DNA of 54,846 nt from Nostoc sp. DedSLP01 (GCA_034530875.2 JAVRCJ020000044.1:1-54846); one strand, 5' to 3'; shown: positions 27,106 to 38,033, counted from the stretch's first letter. Made by a program: numbers and translations. Notes: generated from the letters alone by a model not told the origin.

Positions 27106-27920
27106 TACCCTTTCTCTAAAATTCGGCAACAGATGGAAATCAGGAAAGTCTTACTGGCTCTAGATTTCTGAATTGCGAATTGCGAATTGCGAATTGCGAA
27201 TTGGTATAACTTCTATTTGCAGAGTTTGTTGGGGAACGCATCACCTCAAAGGAAGATTGTATTTTAAAAAGCTATAAAGTTTGGCAGGAATAGTAATTGC
27301 AGATAATACCATTAATTGGCGAACGCACCGCAGATATAAGCAGGATTAATAGGGTTAACAAAATAATAAGAATTGTAGCGATAGTCATTAATCAATTGCA
27401 ATTAATTAATTGCGATCGCATCGATAGAAAGAAACTATGCTACAATACGTCTGCTAACTTGTTACACGTATCATCAAATTGGTTTCAAATTATATCGGTT
27501 CCTAATCTGTTAAGGTACGTTTTCAAAGCCACTAAGCTTGGTAAAAAAATTTTGAATGCACCTCATTTGCTTAGGAAGCAGTGTATATAAAGGCATTAAG
27601 TATTGTCAACTTTATAAAATATATCGGCTAACAAGATTTAATTTTTTGTAAAAATAAGATAATTTTGGCAAAAATTTTGAGAACAATAAATGCTGTTCTC
27701 TAATTTTAATTTAGCCATACATAAGTTTTATTTTTACAATTTTAAGTCACTTAGATAGACACAAAAAACTTAAGAGCCTTTAGGTGTTTTCAGATTCAAA
27801 ATTTTCCACTGAGGCGTAGCAGAAGTTAGCCAAAATAAGCTTTTTCATCCTTTATTAATGAGCCGAGTTCGTTAAACAGAACAGAAAAATTTTAGTTTTT
27901 TAACGAGGGAAGTCAACAAA

Positions 27921-29351
27921 ATGCCTTGGCAATTATCTTCTCAAATTCCAATTAATCCTATCCATGCTGCCGTGGGAAAAACGGGTAAGGTTTTGTTTTT
28001 TGGTGGTTCCGGAAATGTGGCAACTCAAGCAGCTTATGACAATTCTCCCAACGGAGTCAGGCTTTGGGATCCTAAGACGGGAACTTTCACTACTCCCACG
28101 ATTCCACGGGATACTAACGGAGACCCGATTGATGTTTTTTGTGCCGGTCATTCTTTCCGACCTGACGGACGACTGTTTGTCGCAGGCGGGACTTTACAAT
28201 ATGACCCATTCTATGGCATTACCGATTGCTTTCTATTTGATTTTACTGCCAATAACGGCAACGGCAGTTGGACAAAAGTGGCATCAATGAATAGAGGCCG
28301 TTGGTATCCTACGGTGTTAACTTTGGGTAACGGGAGAATTTTCGCTGTCTCCGGTTTAGATGTAAATGGCAGCCTCACTCGCAACCCAGAAATTTATAGC
28401 GCTTTTACTGGTTGGAGTATTTTTGCACAACAAACTAGTCGTTTTCCCCTCTATGCCCACTTAATTTTGTTGAGTAGTGGCAAAATCTTTTATACAGGCG
28501 GTCAGATGGGCGGTAACAATACTGTATCGCCACGCATTCTCACTTTACCCTCAACATTTGATAAAGCGATCGCCGAACAAGCAGTGTCTGGATTGCAAGT
28601 TCCAGCTAACGGTAACCAAGCTGCTAGCGTATTGCTACCACCAGCTCAAGACCAAAAAGTGATGATTATCGGTGGTGGTAGTGCAGGTACAGCAACGAAC
28701 CGAGTTAATATTATCAATTTCAAAGCTACTACTCCGGCTTATACAGCAGCACCGTATCTCACCAATCCAAGGATGCACCATAATGCTGTGATACTGCCCG
28801 ATCGCACAATATTTGTGTGTAATGGCAGCAAAGCCGATGAAAATGTAGCGCAATCGACACTAGCAGCAGAAATATACAATCCAGCAACGAATACTTGGAA
28901 GGCAGTAGAAACACCAATTGTCAACGGCCGGGTCTATCATTCAGTTGCGCTGTTGCTGCCAGATGGCAGAGTCGTTGTTGCAGGAGGAAATCCGAAACGC
29001 GGTACTTATGAAAATCGGATGGAGATTTATAGTCCGGCATACATATCGCAGACAAGACCTGCAATTACCTCAGCGCCTGGGGTAGGAAACTATAACACTA
29101 AAATCACTATTAACATCAACCAACCTGCAACGAACATTAAATGGGTTCATGTAATCAAGCCAATGGCACCTACTCACGGTCTAGATACAGAACAACGACT
29201 AGTAGATCTGCCAATTACCTCTAGAAGCGGCAATTCTCTCACCGTCCAAATCACAGATAATCGCAATATTGCAGTCCCTGGCTACTATATGCTGTTTGTC
29301 GTTAACAACAATAACGTTCCCTCGGTGGCAAGTTGGATTCAAGTGATATAG
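27921..29351 (+). CDS. Galactose/glyoxal oxidase-like copper-radical oxidase (Kelch propeller + DUF1929-like domain)
   Basis: FCAGH (Cys), RWYP (Tyr), YHS and TH copper/cofactor ligands. Confidence 0.88.
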   Translation: MPWQLSSQIPINPIHAAVGKTGKVLFFGGSGNVATQAAYDNSPNGVRLWDPKTGTFTTPTIPRDTNGDPIDVFCAGHSFRPDGRLFVAGGTLQYDPFYGITDCFLFDFTANNGNGSWTKVASMNRGRWYPTVLTLGNGRIFAVSGLDVNGSLTRNPEIYSAFTGWSIFAQQTSRFPLYAHLILLSSGKIFYTGGQMGGNNTVSPRILTLPSTFDKAIAEQAVSGLQVPANGNQAASVLLPPAQDQKVMIIGGGSAGTATNRVNIINFKATTPAYTAAPYLTNPRMHHNAVILPDRTIFVCNGSKADENVAQSTLAAEIYNPATNTWKAVETPIVNGRVYHSVALLLPDGRVVVAGGNPKRGTYENRMEIYSPAYISQTRPAITSAPGVGNYNTKITININQPATNIKWVHVIKPMAPTHGLDTEQRLVDLPITSRSGNSLTVQITDNRNIAVPGYYMLFVVNNNNVPSVASWIQVI

Positions 29352-29493
29352 TACCCAGCCTCCGCCTAATAGCTAATGCTTCATAGAGTTGATTGCAATT
29401 AGCAATCAATTCAAAAATCAAAGCAGTATCAGCCAATGTTACGAACCTACAGCAAGGGTAGAACAATGGCAACAAGTAATTTTGGAGTCATAT

Positions 29494-30393
29494 ATGAAAC
29501 TAAAGTTAACGCGCAGACAATTTGCTCAGTTAGCGCTGGCAAGCACCACAGTTGCAGCTATGGGGGTTGTTTTCGGCAAAACCCTTGCACAAGAGTCCGA
29601 CGCAGACACGTTGATCCTGGGCATCAATGTTGGCGTTAAAAATAACAATGCTTCGACTGGGATGGACTCAGATATTATCGAGTTGGGCGAGCCAACCCAA
29701 AACACAGACCCATCGACTCTACAGCCAATCGTCGTACAGTCTTTTAATGTCAGCACTAAGGAAATTAAGAACGTGCTGACCACAGCACCGATTTTGGAGA
29801 CTTGCGAACGGTTAAGCGGTTTTGCTTCCATAAATGGCAAACTCATCGCAGCCGCAAGCTATACCTGTACCCGAAAGAAAAAGGACAGAAAAGTTCGTTT
29901 AATTGATTTAAATACTTTAGAAAGCGTAAATATTTCGGGTCTGAAAAGGAGAGAAGATGTTTACCAATTAGTGCGCTTGAAAGACAGCTCACTTGCTGCT
30001 TTAGTCGGCAAAGATAAAGGAAAGGGTTCTTCTAAGTTGGCAACTATTGACTTAAATACAGGTCAGATTACAGACCGAAGCAAAATACCCCAACAAATGC
30101 AGGTGATTGCTGTAGCTGAATCTCCAGATGGAAGTCTCTACGGGATTGATACTGATAGCGTGGGAGAAATAAGTTTTTCCGAGATCGGTGAGAAGCGATC
30201 GACAAAATTGAAAACCCAAGGGAAAATTTTGAATAATGGTTGTGACGGATTAGTTTACACTTCATCCAATGAATTATTTGCTTTGGTTTCATTTAGATAT
30301 GAATCTCCTAAACATGTAGACAAAATCAATCAGGAAACTGGAGAAATAGAGCCAATAAAAGGATTTGATGTTGCTAAAATTACGCTTGCATAA
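29494..30393 (+). CDS. Tat-exported beta-propeller-like hypothetical protein
   Basis: GGAG RBS, ATG 29494, twin-arginine motif TRRQF, hydrophobic core and LA-Q cleavage site. Confidence 0.75.
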   Translation: MKLKLTRRQFAQLALASTTVAAMGVVFGKTLAQESDADTLILGINVGVKNNNASTGMDSDIIELGEPTQNTDPSTLQPIVVQSFNVSTKEIKNVLTTAPILETCERLSGFASINGKLIAAASYTCTRKKKDRKVRLIDLNTLESVNISGLKRREDVYQLVRLKDSSLAALVGKDKGKGSSKLATIDLNTGQITDRSKIPQQMQVIAVAESPDGSLYGIDTDSVGEISFSEIGEKRSTKLKTQGKILNNGCDGLVYTSSNELFALVSFRYESPKHVDKINQETGEIEPIKGFDVAKITLA

Positions 30394-30424
30394 GCATGTT
30401 GGCTTGTAGGGTAAATGCAGTTTG

Positions 30425-30450
30425 GAGACGTTGCAATGCAACGTCTCTAC
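30425..30450. repeat. REP-like palindrome
   Basis: GAGACGTTGCA-A-TGCAACGTCTC-TAC. Confidence 0.7.
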
Positions 30451-30643
30451 ATGTTGATTTATACCTTAATTGGGCAATGGCGAAAAATTTCTTGGATGGC
30501 GGGTTATCCTAAAGCGATAAAATACACTACTGGCTAAAGCTTTTTTCATGTAGTAACTAAAGTAGCGTAGACGCAAAGCGTCTTGTCGTAAGACATCACT
30601 CTTTGTAAGTATAACTAAAGATAAATTGAGTTTATCAAACAAT

Positions 30644-30967
30644 ATGAGGCTTCCAAATCGATTATTTAAATTTATTGCTCTTATACTCTTAACGATAGTA
30701 ATTATTGGATTAAATCTTATCTTGTTTAGTTCGAGTTTAGATTTATATCTGTATTTAAAACCTTACCCAAACCCGTTATATCCTGATTCTTATCTCTTTC
30801 AAATAGTTAAACATCTTCTGAAAGTTCTTGGAGTAACTATAGTTGAAGTTGCTTTCGTATGGTTATTAGTAATTTTAAATACTATGTTAAGACAAGCTGG
30901 TTTAATCGTTACTTTACTCGTGCTGATATTGAGTGGAATTATAATCTTAGTTCCCATTAATATTTAA
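30644..30967 (+). CDS. Small AT-rich membrane protein
   Basis: About 107 aa with three hydrophobic segments. Confidence 0.55.
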   Translation: MRLPNRLFKFIALILLTIVIIGLNLILFSSSLDLYLYLKPYPNPLYPDSYLFQIVKHLLKVLGVTIVEVAFVWLLVILNTMLRQAGLIVTLLVLILSGIIILVPINI

Positions 30968-31020
30968 TTTAGATTCTGCCTCCAGCGGACGTTTGGGTAA
31001 TTCACCCATAATTAAATCAT

Positions 31021-31133
31021 TAGACCTCTTGCAAAAATAGTTTTACACTTTTGGGGGAAAGGGAAAAGGTTAAAGGGAAAGGGTGTTTTTAGCTTTTCCC
31101 TTTACCCTTTTCCCCACTTTTGCAAGAAGTCTA
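31021..31133. mobile_element. MITE-like element with 16-bp terminal inverted repeats
   Basis: TAGACCTCTTGCAAAA ... TTTTGCAAGAAGTCTA enclosing an internal GGGAAAA/TTTTCCC hairpin. Confidence 0.65.
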
Positions 31134-31277
31134 TTGCCTCTATGCTATTTACTTGTTACTCAAACTGCCGGAAACTGATAACTTTCTATCAAAAAAGCGT
31201 AGCTATTACCAGCCTACGCTTCTCAATTAACAAACCTAAACCAAACTTTCAACTTTCTGCGCCTCGTGCGGGAGATT

Positions 31278-33209
31278 TTAAACCAACAGTGTTTGTAGCA
31301 GCGGCTTATCTTGCGATATCTTACCTGTCCGCAACCATTCTTCTACTTCCGCCGGCACTTTCGCTTGATTAATATACTCCCGGAGTTCCAAACCTTCCAA
31401 AATCTCTTTTTGTAACAGTTGTTCTGCGGTTTGCTCTAATAAATTGCGGTTATATCGCAAAATACTCAGGGCGGCGTAGTGAGCATTATCTAATGTCTGC
31501 TTCACTTCGCGATCGATTTCCTCAGCCACTTTCGGACTAATTGCACGGCGCGGGTTGCCATAACCTTCGAGAAACTGCTGTTGAATTTTATCAAAGGCTA
31601 CTGGCCCCAAGCGATCGCTCATACCGTAAAGAGTAATTGCACGTTCCGCTAATTCAGTAGCCTTTTGAATATCGTCAGCAGCACCAGTAGATACTTTGCC
31701 AAAAATAATTTCTTCAGCCGAACGTCCGCCTAAAAGGGTAGCAATACGACCGCGAATTTCATCTTCCAGCATCAAAAAGCGGTCTTCTTCTGGCATCTGA
31801 ATTGTGTAACCCAAAGCACCAACGCCACGGGGAACAACGGAAATTTTTTCAACTTTCCCCGCACCAGGCATCAAGGCACCGATAATAGCGTGACCAACTT
31901 CGTGATAAGCTACGGTCTTTTTCTCAATCTCATTCAGCACGCGGGAGCGTTTTTCTAAGCCAGCCAGCAGACGTTCGATCGCTTCGTTGAAATCTGCCAT
32001 CGTCACGGCTTGGCGATTTTGTCGTGCGGCTAAGAGTGCGGCTTCATTCACCAGATTGGCTAAATCTGCGCCAGCAAAACCGGGAGTTCTAATGGCAATG
32101 GTACTCAAATCGACATCATCAGCCAATTTGACGTTTCTAGCATGGACTTTGAGAATCGCTTCTCGGCCAATTTTATCAGGGCGATCGACCACAACTTGTC
32201 TGTCAAATCGACCGGGACGCCGCAAAGCCGGATCGAGAATTTCTGGACGGTTGGTAGCGGCGATGATAATTACCCCTGTGTTGGCATCAAAGCCATCCAT
32301 TTCGCTGAGTAACTGGTTGAGGGTTTGTTCGCGTTCGTCGTTACCCCCCATAATCGGCCCGACACCACCGCGAGATTTACCCAGTGCGTCTAATTCGTCA
32401 ATAAAGACAATACAGGGAGCTTGTTCTTTGGCTTGTTCAAACAAATCGCGGACGCGTGCAGCACCGACACCTACAAACAGTTCGATAAATTCCGAACCAG
32501 AAATACTGAAAAAAGGAACGGCAGCTTCACCAGCGATCGCTTTTGCTAGTAATGTTTTACCAGTACCCGGAGGCCCTACCAGCATTACACCTTTGGGAAT
32601 CTTGGCTCCTAATGCGGTGTATTTATCAGCATTTTTCAGAAAATCAACAATTTCTTCTAATTCAGCCTTAGCTTCATCTACCCCAGCAACATCGCTAAAT
32701 TTGACACCAGTACTACCTTCCGAATAAATGCGGGCTTTACTTTTACCTACCGTAAGTGCAGCGGGGCCTCCTTGGCGACTCATTAACAAGGCCCAGATGC
32801 CAAAGAAAATTAACGGTGGTAGAATCCAACTGAATAAAGTGCCAATCCAGGCATTTTGGTTTGGTGGTAATGCCGCAAACTCGACATGATGCTGGCGGAG
32901 AATTTTCGGCAAATCTAAATCGATGCCTATTGGTATGGTAACGAAGACTTCTTCGTTGAGTTTGCCATCTGGAGTTTGAGTTTTGATGGTATATTCAATG
33001 CGATCGCTACCGATAATCGCTTTATCTACCTTTCCCGCTTCTACCTGAGCCAGAAAAGTACTATAGGGAACTCGTGGCGTTCGTACAAAAAAACTTGGAA
33101 CAATAAAGTTCAATATTAACAACAGGGTCAGTAAAATTAAGAAACTGCCATTAACCTGCCGGACTTTGGGCGGTTTGATAGGTATTTTCTTATCAGTTTC
33201 AACAGGCAT
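31278..33209 (-). CDS. ftsH: ATP-dependent zinc metalloprotease FtsH (FtsH4-type)
   Basis: Two TM helices, [17 protein letters not shown] region and HEVGH zinc motif. Confidence 0.97.
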   Translation of the reverse strand: MPVETDKKIPIKPPKVRQVNGSFLILLTLLLILNFIVPSFFVRTPRVPYSTFLAQVEAGKVDKAIIGSDRIEYTIKTQTPDGKLNEEVFVTIPIGIDLDLPKILRQHHVEFAALPPNQNAWIGTLFSWILPPLIFFGIWALLMSRQGGPAALTVGKSKARIYSEGSTGVKFSDVAGVDEAKAELEEIVDFLKNADKYTALGAKIPKGVMLVGPPGTGKTLLAKAIAGEAAVPFFSISGSEFIELFVGVGAARVRDLFEQAKEQAPCIVFIDELDALGKSRGGVGPIMGGNDEREQTLNQLLSEMDGFDANTGVIIIAATNRPEILDPALRRPGRFDRQVVVDRPDKIGREAILKVHARNVKLADDVDLSTIAIRTPGFAGADLANLVNEAALLAARQNRQAVTMADFNEAIERLLAGLEKRSRVLNEIEKKTVAYHEVGHAIIGALMPGAGKVEKISVVPRGVGALGYTIQMPEEDRFLMLEDEIRGRIATLLGGRSAEEIIFGKVSTGAADDIQKATELAERAITLYGMSDRLGPVAFDKIQQQFLEGYGNPRRAISPKVAEEIDREVKQTLDNAHYAALSILRYNRNLLEQTAEQLLQKEILEGLELREYINQAKVPAEVEEWLRTGKISQDKPLLQTLLV

Positions 33210-33302
33210 TTTGATGTACCCTCCAAATTAGTCATTAGTCATTAGTAAATAGACCTATGGCCAATGCCCCATGCCCAATAATTTTTTTAGCTCTCAATTT
33301 TT

Positions 33303-33494
33303 ATGAAAAATCAACTAGATTTTGTTCTCAAATTACTTCTACTTTCAGCTTTGATATCAGCATTAATTAAGTACGTTGCTCCAAGTCTATCAATTCCAGC
33401 AACAGCTACTAATGCGTTAATTATAGTTTTATTACCAAATGCGATCGTCGCCATCGCCCTACTGTGGCGATTCCAAGCATACAAACAAAGTTAA
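33303..33494 (+). CDS. Small two-helix membrane protein
   Basis: 63-aa hydrophobic ORF with IKY motif, upstream of the AI-2E gene. Confidence 0.65.
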   Translation: MKNQLDFVLKLLLLSALISALIKYVAPSLSIPATATNALIIVLLPNAIVAIALLWRFQAYKQS

Positions 33495-33584
33495 CTTTAA
33501 TTATCTAGGCACAACTGATTAAAATCAGCTAACCTAGCTGAATTACAACAAAATTGCATCTCGCCAACCGTTGGGAGTCAGCCT

Positions 33585-34730
33585 GTGAACCTCGGTCAAT
33601 GGATCGGTTTAATTGCGATCGTTCTTTCTTTATACATTTTGTGGCAAATTCGGGAAGTACTATTACTGATGTTTGCCGCAGTTGTCTTAGCCACTACCTT
33701 AAATCGGCTAGCGAAACGCTTTCAACGTTCAGGTATGAGGCGGGGATTCGCCGTCCTGTTGTCAGTTGGTATCTTTTTTGCAGCGATCGTCGGTTTTTTC
33801 TGGCTAATTGTGCCGCCTTTTGCACAGCAGTTTCAAGAATTAACCTATCGGGTTCCCCAAGGATTTGGGCGCTTTAATAGCTGGCTAGACGCACTCAGAA
33901 CCCGCATTCCTGCGGAGTTAGTTCCCTATATTCCCGATCTTAACAGTTTGATCCAACAAGCACAGCCCTTTCTCAACCGACTATTAGGAAACTCCTTTGC
34001 CTTTGTATCTGGTTCTTTGGAAGTTGTCCTTAAGGTTTTATTAGTGCTGGTTTTAACAGGAATGTTATTAGCCAATCCTGTAGCTTACCGCAAAGTGTTT
34101 GTGCGGCTTTTTCCCTCATTTTATCGACGGCGAGTGGAAGGGATTTTAACTAAATGCGAAATTTCTCTGGGGGGATGGGTAACAGGCGCTGTTATTGCTA
34201 TGGGTGTAGTGGGATTAATGAGTGTAGTTGGCCTATCTTTTTTAGGCGTCAAAGCAGCACTTGCTTTAGGGGTTTTGGCAGGATTTTTAAACTTGATTCC
34301 CAACCTCGGCCCGACGTTGAGTGTAGTACCTGCAATGGCGATCGCTTTATTAGACGAACCTTGGAAAGCGATCGCAGTTTTGATTCTCTACTTTTTTATT
34401 CAACAGGCTGAGAGTAATTTCATCACGCCGGTTGTCATGGCACATCAAGTCTCATTACTACCAGCAGTAACTTTAATTTCCCAGTTATTTTTCGTTACCT
34501 TTTTTGGCTTTTTAGGATTATTTCTCGCCCTACCTTTAACAGTTGTCGCTAAAATTTGGGTACAGGAAGTTTTGATTAAAGATGTTTTAGATCGATGGGG
34601 AAATTATCATTCACAAGAAACTGAATTTGTCATCGTTTCTAAATTTCCTCCAGTAGACGATCCTTGGGCAACAGAAACCCCAGCTATCAATCGAGAGCAA
34701 CCAATTGATGATATACCCCAAGACGAATAG
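33585..34730 (+). CDS. AI-2E family transporter (PerM-like)
   Basis: LIPNLGP and QQ.E.N..P motifs; polytopic membrane protein. Confidence 0.92.
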   Translation: MNLGQWIGLIAIVLSLYILWQIREVLLLMFAAVVLATTLNRLAKRFQRSGMRRGFAVLLSVGIFFAAIVGFFWLIVPPFAQQFQELTYRVPQGFGRFNSWLDALRTRIPAELVPYIPDLNSLIQQAQPFLNRLLGNSFAFVSGSLEVVLKVLLVLVLTGMLLANPVAYRKVFVRLFPSFYRRRVEGILTKCEISLGGWVTGAVIAMGVVGLMSVVGLSFLGVKAALALGVLAGFLNLIPNLGPTLSVVPAMAIALLDEPWKAIAVLILYFFIQQAESNFITPVVMAHQVSLLPAVTLISQLFFVTFFGFLGLFLALPLTVVAKIWVQEVLIKDVLDRWGNYHSQETEFVIVSKFPPVDDPWATETPAINREQPIDDIPQDE

Positions 34731-34791
34731 TTATCATTTTTATGGGGGAATTTCTTTTGCTAAACTAATAGCAACAATGAGATAGTAGTAA

Positions 34792-35427
34792 ATGGTTTCT
34801 AGCGTTGGAATTACTGACAATATTAAAAGCTTGAGCGATTTACAGACTCGGTGTAATTTGCGTCAAACAGATAGCGATAGCTTCTTCGTTGAATGGGTTG
34901 AAAACTTACCAGAACTTACTCAGCAAGAACAAGCAGGTATTGCTAGAATCAAACACCGTTATGATTACCATCGTGTTAGCGGTCTGCTATTAGAAGGTAC
35001 AATTAACCTCTTAGTAGTTTCGCCATTGTTGGAACTTGTAGGTTTTCTCGATCCACCTTTTAGAATTCGCTCACCTTATGGGGTTGCTTTAGAACTCGAA
35101 GATCCACAGGAAACAATTCGCGGTTTTATTGACACCCTAGTTGTACAAGAACAACTTTGGATTTTGGTTGTTGAATCCAAGCGAACAAGTATTCCAATTC
35201 CAGCCGCATTACCGCAATTATTAGCTTATATGCTTGGTAACGAGCAAAGCAATCGCCCAGTGTTCGGTATGGCAACAAATGGTGATGAGTTTGTGTTTCT
35301 CAAGCTAACTTTCACAGATACTCCGCAATACGATATCTCACGAACATTTTCGCTATTTCCTCGGCGGCATGAATTGGGTGAAGTGTTAAAAATTTTGAAG
35401 CGATTAGGACAAGCAATACTGGATTAA
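34792..35427 (+). CDS. Standalone restriction-endonuclease-fold protein (type I HsdR N-terminal-like)
   Basis: G.ID.LV, VESK, QLLAYM and TNG.EF motifs. Confidence 0.8.
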   Translation: MVSSVGITDNIKSLSDLQTRCNLRQTDSDSFFVEWVENLPELTQQEQAGIARIKHRYDYHRVSGLLLEGTINLLVVSPLLELVGFLDPPFRIRSPYGVALELEDPQETIRGFIDTLVVQEQLWILVVESKRTSIPIPAALPQLLAYMLGNEQSNRPVFGMATNGDEFVFLKLTFTDTPQYDISRTFSLFPRRHELGEVLKILKRLGQAILD

Positions 35428-35496
35428 CTCATCCCCCGACTTCAAGCCGCGGGATTTTAATTTCCAATAATTTATTATCAAGATAGAATACATGCG

Positions 35497-35690
35497 TCAG
35501 TCGTCAGAATTCAGTATGAATTCTGTAGGACTGGCGGATAGCAAAGCGTTAGCGAGTCCGCGAGCGTCTGAATAACTGGGTTTAAGACCCCCACCAAATC
35601 TACGATTTGGTGTCTTCAATCAGTCGCAGGTCTGAATCCCCGACTGATTGATTCTGACTCCTGAATTCTGAATTCTGAATTCTTCTTCAA
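35497..35690. repeat. Intergenic MITE-like repeat with (CTGAATT)n tail
   Basis: TCAGAATTCAG ... CTGAATTCTGA inverted ends; related to 15645-15760. Confidence 0.55.
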
Positions 35691-35695
35691 TGTGC

Positions 35696-36571
35696 TTATT
35701 TTTGAGTAGCTACTTCTTTACCTGACTCATTAGATGGAGTTGGTTCTGTCTTCTCTGATTGCGTCTCAGAAGCTTGTTGCACTTGTTTGAGATGAATGTT
35801 ATTCACTTGGACGATAAAGTATTCTAATGCCTGACTTGCTTTTTGTTGCCGTTGGATTTCGTCAGACACATCGTAACAACGATAAGGTGGAGTAACTCCC
35901 AAAATAAATTTCTCTTGTTCGGCTTCTAACAATTCAACGGCTGTGTTAGCAGCAATGGAATTCTTTTGAAAAGGAAAAGAGGTAACTATACTGGCGATTA
36001 TAGAAGCAAGAGCAGGACACAGTACAGGTAGCCACTTCAGCCAAGGTTGTCCCGATTCTAATTTGTCTACCAGAACTAAAATTGGTGTGATTCCCGATAA
36101 AACAACCGTTGCTATTTGCAAAATATAGTAAAGGTTCCTTGAAACAGTCTTAACTTTTTTATAATCGTTAATCAAATCTTGAGAGTATTGTAAAGCCTTC
36201 CCCCTAGCTAAAGTCAGAGTATTTTGGTTCCAAGAATTATTATTAGCTAATAGGTAAGTATAAAGTTCGGCTTTTTTGGTCAGATCTGACTTATCAGCGA
36301 CTTTTTGAGAATCTTGAAAAACTTGCCTATTGATTAATAACAGAAAAAACAAAATATTCAGAGCGATCGCTCCATAAATTACAATTGTTTTCTCATTTGA
36401 AAAAAACCAGATAAATAAAACAGAAGAAACAAAAATTGCCAGTAATAAATATTCAATTACCTTTAAGGTAAATAATTTTTTTTCTTCTGGTGAAGATAAT
36501 ACATTGTCATAAGTATCATGAATTTTTCTTGCGCTGTTGTGCTCAAGATTAGCTAATTCAGAAGTAACCAT
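35696..36571 (-). CDS. DUF4231 (SLATT-like) membrane protein
   Basis: Two pairs of TM helices; C-terminal two-TM domain followed by E.E.F. Confidence 0.7.
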   Translation of the reverse strand: MVTSELANLEHNSARKIHDTYDNVLSSPEEKKLFTLKVIEYLLLAIFVSSVLFIWFFSNEKTIVIYGAIALNILFFLLLINRQVFQDSQKVADKSDLTKKAELYTYLLANNNSWNQNTLTLARGKALQYSQDLINDYKKVKTVSRNLYYILQIATVVLSGITPILVLVDKLESGQPWLKWLPVLCPALASIIASIVTSFPFQKNSIAANTAVELLEAEQEKFILGVTPPYRCYDVSDEIQRQQKASQALEYFIVQVNNIHLKQVQQASETQSEKTEPTPSNESGKEVATQK

Positions 36572-36863
36572 TGCCTCTTACTCAGTTGATGAACCGTCCA
36601 AATCTAACAATACAAAAAACATCAGTCAATAGAATTGCTTTTAAAAACTAAGCAAGCGGACATAATTAAATGTAAAATCCAAACCAGCAAAACCTTTTAC
36701 TCTTGAGGGTTATACTTTATAAATCTAACTCCCCGAAAGTTTGAAAAACGTCTATGGAACGATCGTTATGGTTTTGTGAGTGTAATGCTTGCGATCGCCC
36801 ATAATGGAATTTTTGACTCCAAGAAAAGCCTATCGGCTTGTTGTATGGTTTAGCACTAATAAG

Positions 36864-38033
36864 ATGCGAACAATTGCGGAAATTAACGAAAAAATTAGCC
36901 GTCAACGTGCGGTAGTGTTGACAACTGAAGAATTAAAAGCACGAGTTTTAGAAATTGGTGTTACTAAAGTTGCAAAAGAAGTTGATGTAATTACCACTGG
37001 CACTTTTGAGCCGATGGAATCGAGTGGTGCAATTATCAACCTTGGACACACTGACCCCCCAATCAAAATTCGCCGTTGCTGGTTAGATGGTGTGCCTGCG
37101 TACTCTGGTTTTGGGGCAGTAGATTTATACTTGGGTGCCAGTTGTGCCGTAGAAGTAATGGACGGGGAAGAAGTCCGAGAACGCGGCGGCGGTCATGCGA
37201 TCGAAGATTTGATCGCTGGAAAAACTATACACGTTAGAGCGCAAGGACAAGTAACAGATTGTTACCCCAGAGCAACCTTTGAAACCACAATTACCAAGGA
37301 TACAATCAATCAGTTTTATTTATTTAATCCGCGCAATCTTTATCAAAATTTTATAGTTGGAGTGAATGGTGGCGATCGCCCGCTTTTCACTTATTTAGGG
37401 CCTTTACAACCGCGTTTGGGGAATGCCGTTTACTCTAATCCTGGTGCGATTTCGCCTTTACTTAACGACCCCGATTTGCAACTTATTGGCATAGGTACAA
37501 GAATTTTTTTAGGCGGTGGTGTTGGCTATGTCGCCTGGGAAGGCACTCAGCACTTTCCTTTACAAAAACGTTTAGCGAATCGCACACCCATCGGCCCTGC
37601 CGCGACTTTAGCTTTAATTGGCGATGCCAAGCAAATGGATGCTTATTGGGTGCGGGGTTGTTACTTCAAAAGTTACGGCCCTTCATTGATGCTCGGTGTT
37701 GGCATACCACTGCCAGTATTAAACGAACAAGTAGTCGAACACTGTGCAGTGCAAGATAAAGACCTAGTAGCCCCAATAGTAGACTTTTCCATTCCCCGGC
37801 GCGTCCGTCCCACCTTTGGTTTAGTCAGTTACGCTCAACTCAAATCCGGGCGGATAACCATAGAGGGCAAAGCGGTACGCTCTGCCCCCTTAGCAAGTAT
37901 GTTTTATTCCAGGCAAGTTGCTCTAGAGTTAAAGCAATGGATTGAAGCAGGTAAGTTTACCCTTACCGAACCAGTTTCTCCAATTCCGATGGAGCGTTCT
38001 TTTCTACCCCAAGATCGTTGGACTGATTTCTAA
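36864..38033 (+). CDS. Homocysteine biosynthesis protein (DUF39; aspartate-semialdehyde sulfurtransferase family)
   Basis: MRTIAEINEKI, DVITTGTF, GGGH.IEDL and NPRN.YQN motifs; ATG 36864. Confidence 0.88.
   Translation: MRTIAEINEKISRQRAVVLTTEELKARVLEIGVTKVAKEVDVITTGTFEPMESSGAIINLGHTDPPIKIRRCWLDGVPAYSGFGAVDLYLGASCAVEVMDGEEVRERGGGHAIEDLIAGKTIHVRAQGQVTDCYPRATFETTITKDTINQFYLFNPRNLYQNFIVGVNGGDRPLFTYLGPLQPRLGNAVYSNPGAISPLLNDPDLQLIGIGTRIFLGGGVGYVAWEGTQHFPLQKRLANRTPIGPAATLALIGDAKQMDAYWVRGCYFKSYGPSLMLGVGIPLPVLNEQVVEHCAVQDKDLVAPIVDFSIPRRVRPTFGLVSYAQLKSGRITIEGKAVRSAPLASMFYSRQVALELKQWIEAGKFTLTEPVSPIPMERSFLPQDRWTDF

Noticed and set aside
27297..27590. 97-aa ORF upstream of the oxidase
   Set aside because: AT-rich, non-ATG start, no RBS or recognisable motif; more likely regulatory DNA.
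31987..32727. 246-aa ORF antisense to ftsH
   Set aside because: In-register antisense shadow of a conserved gene; no independent coding signal.
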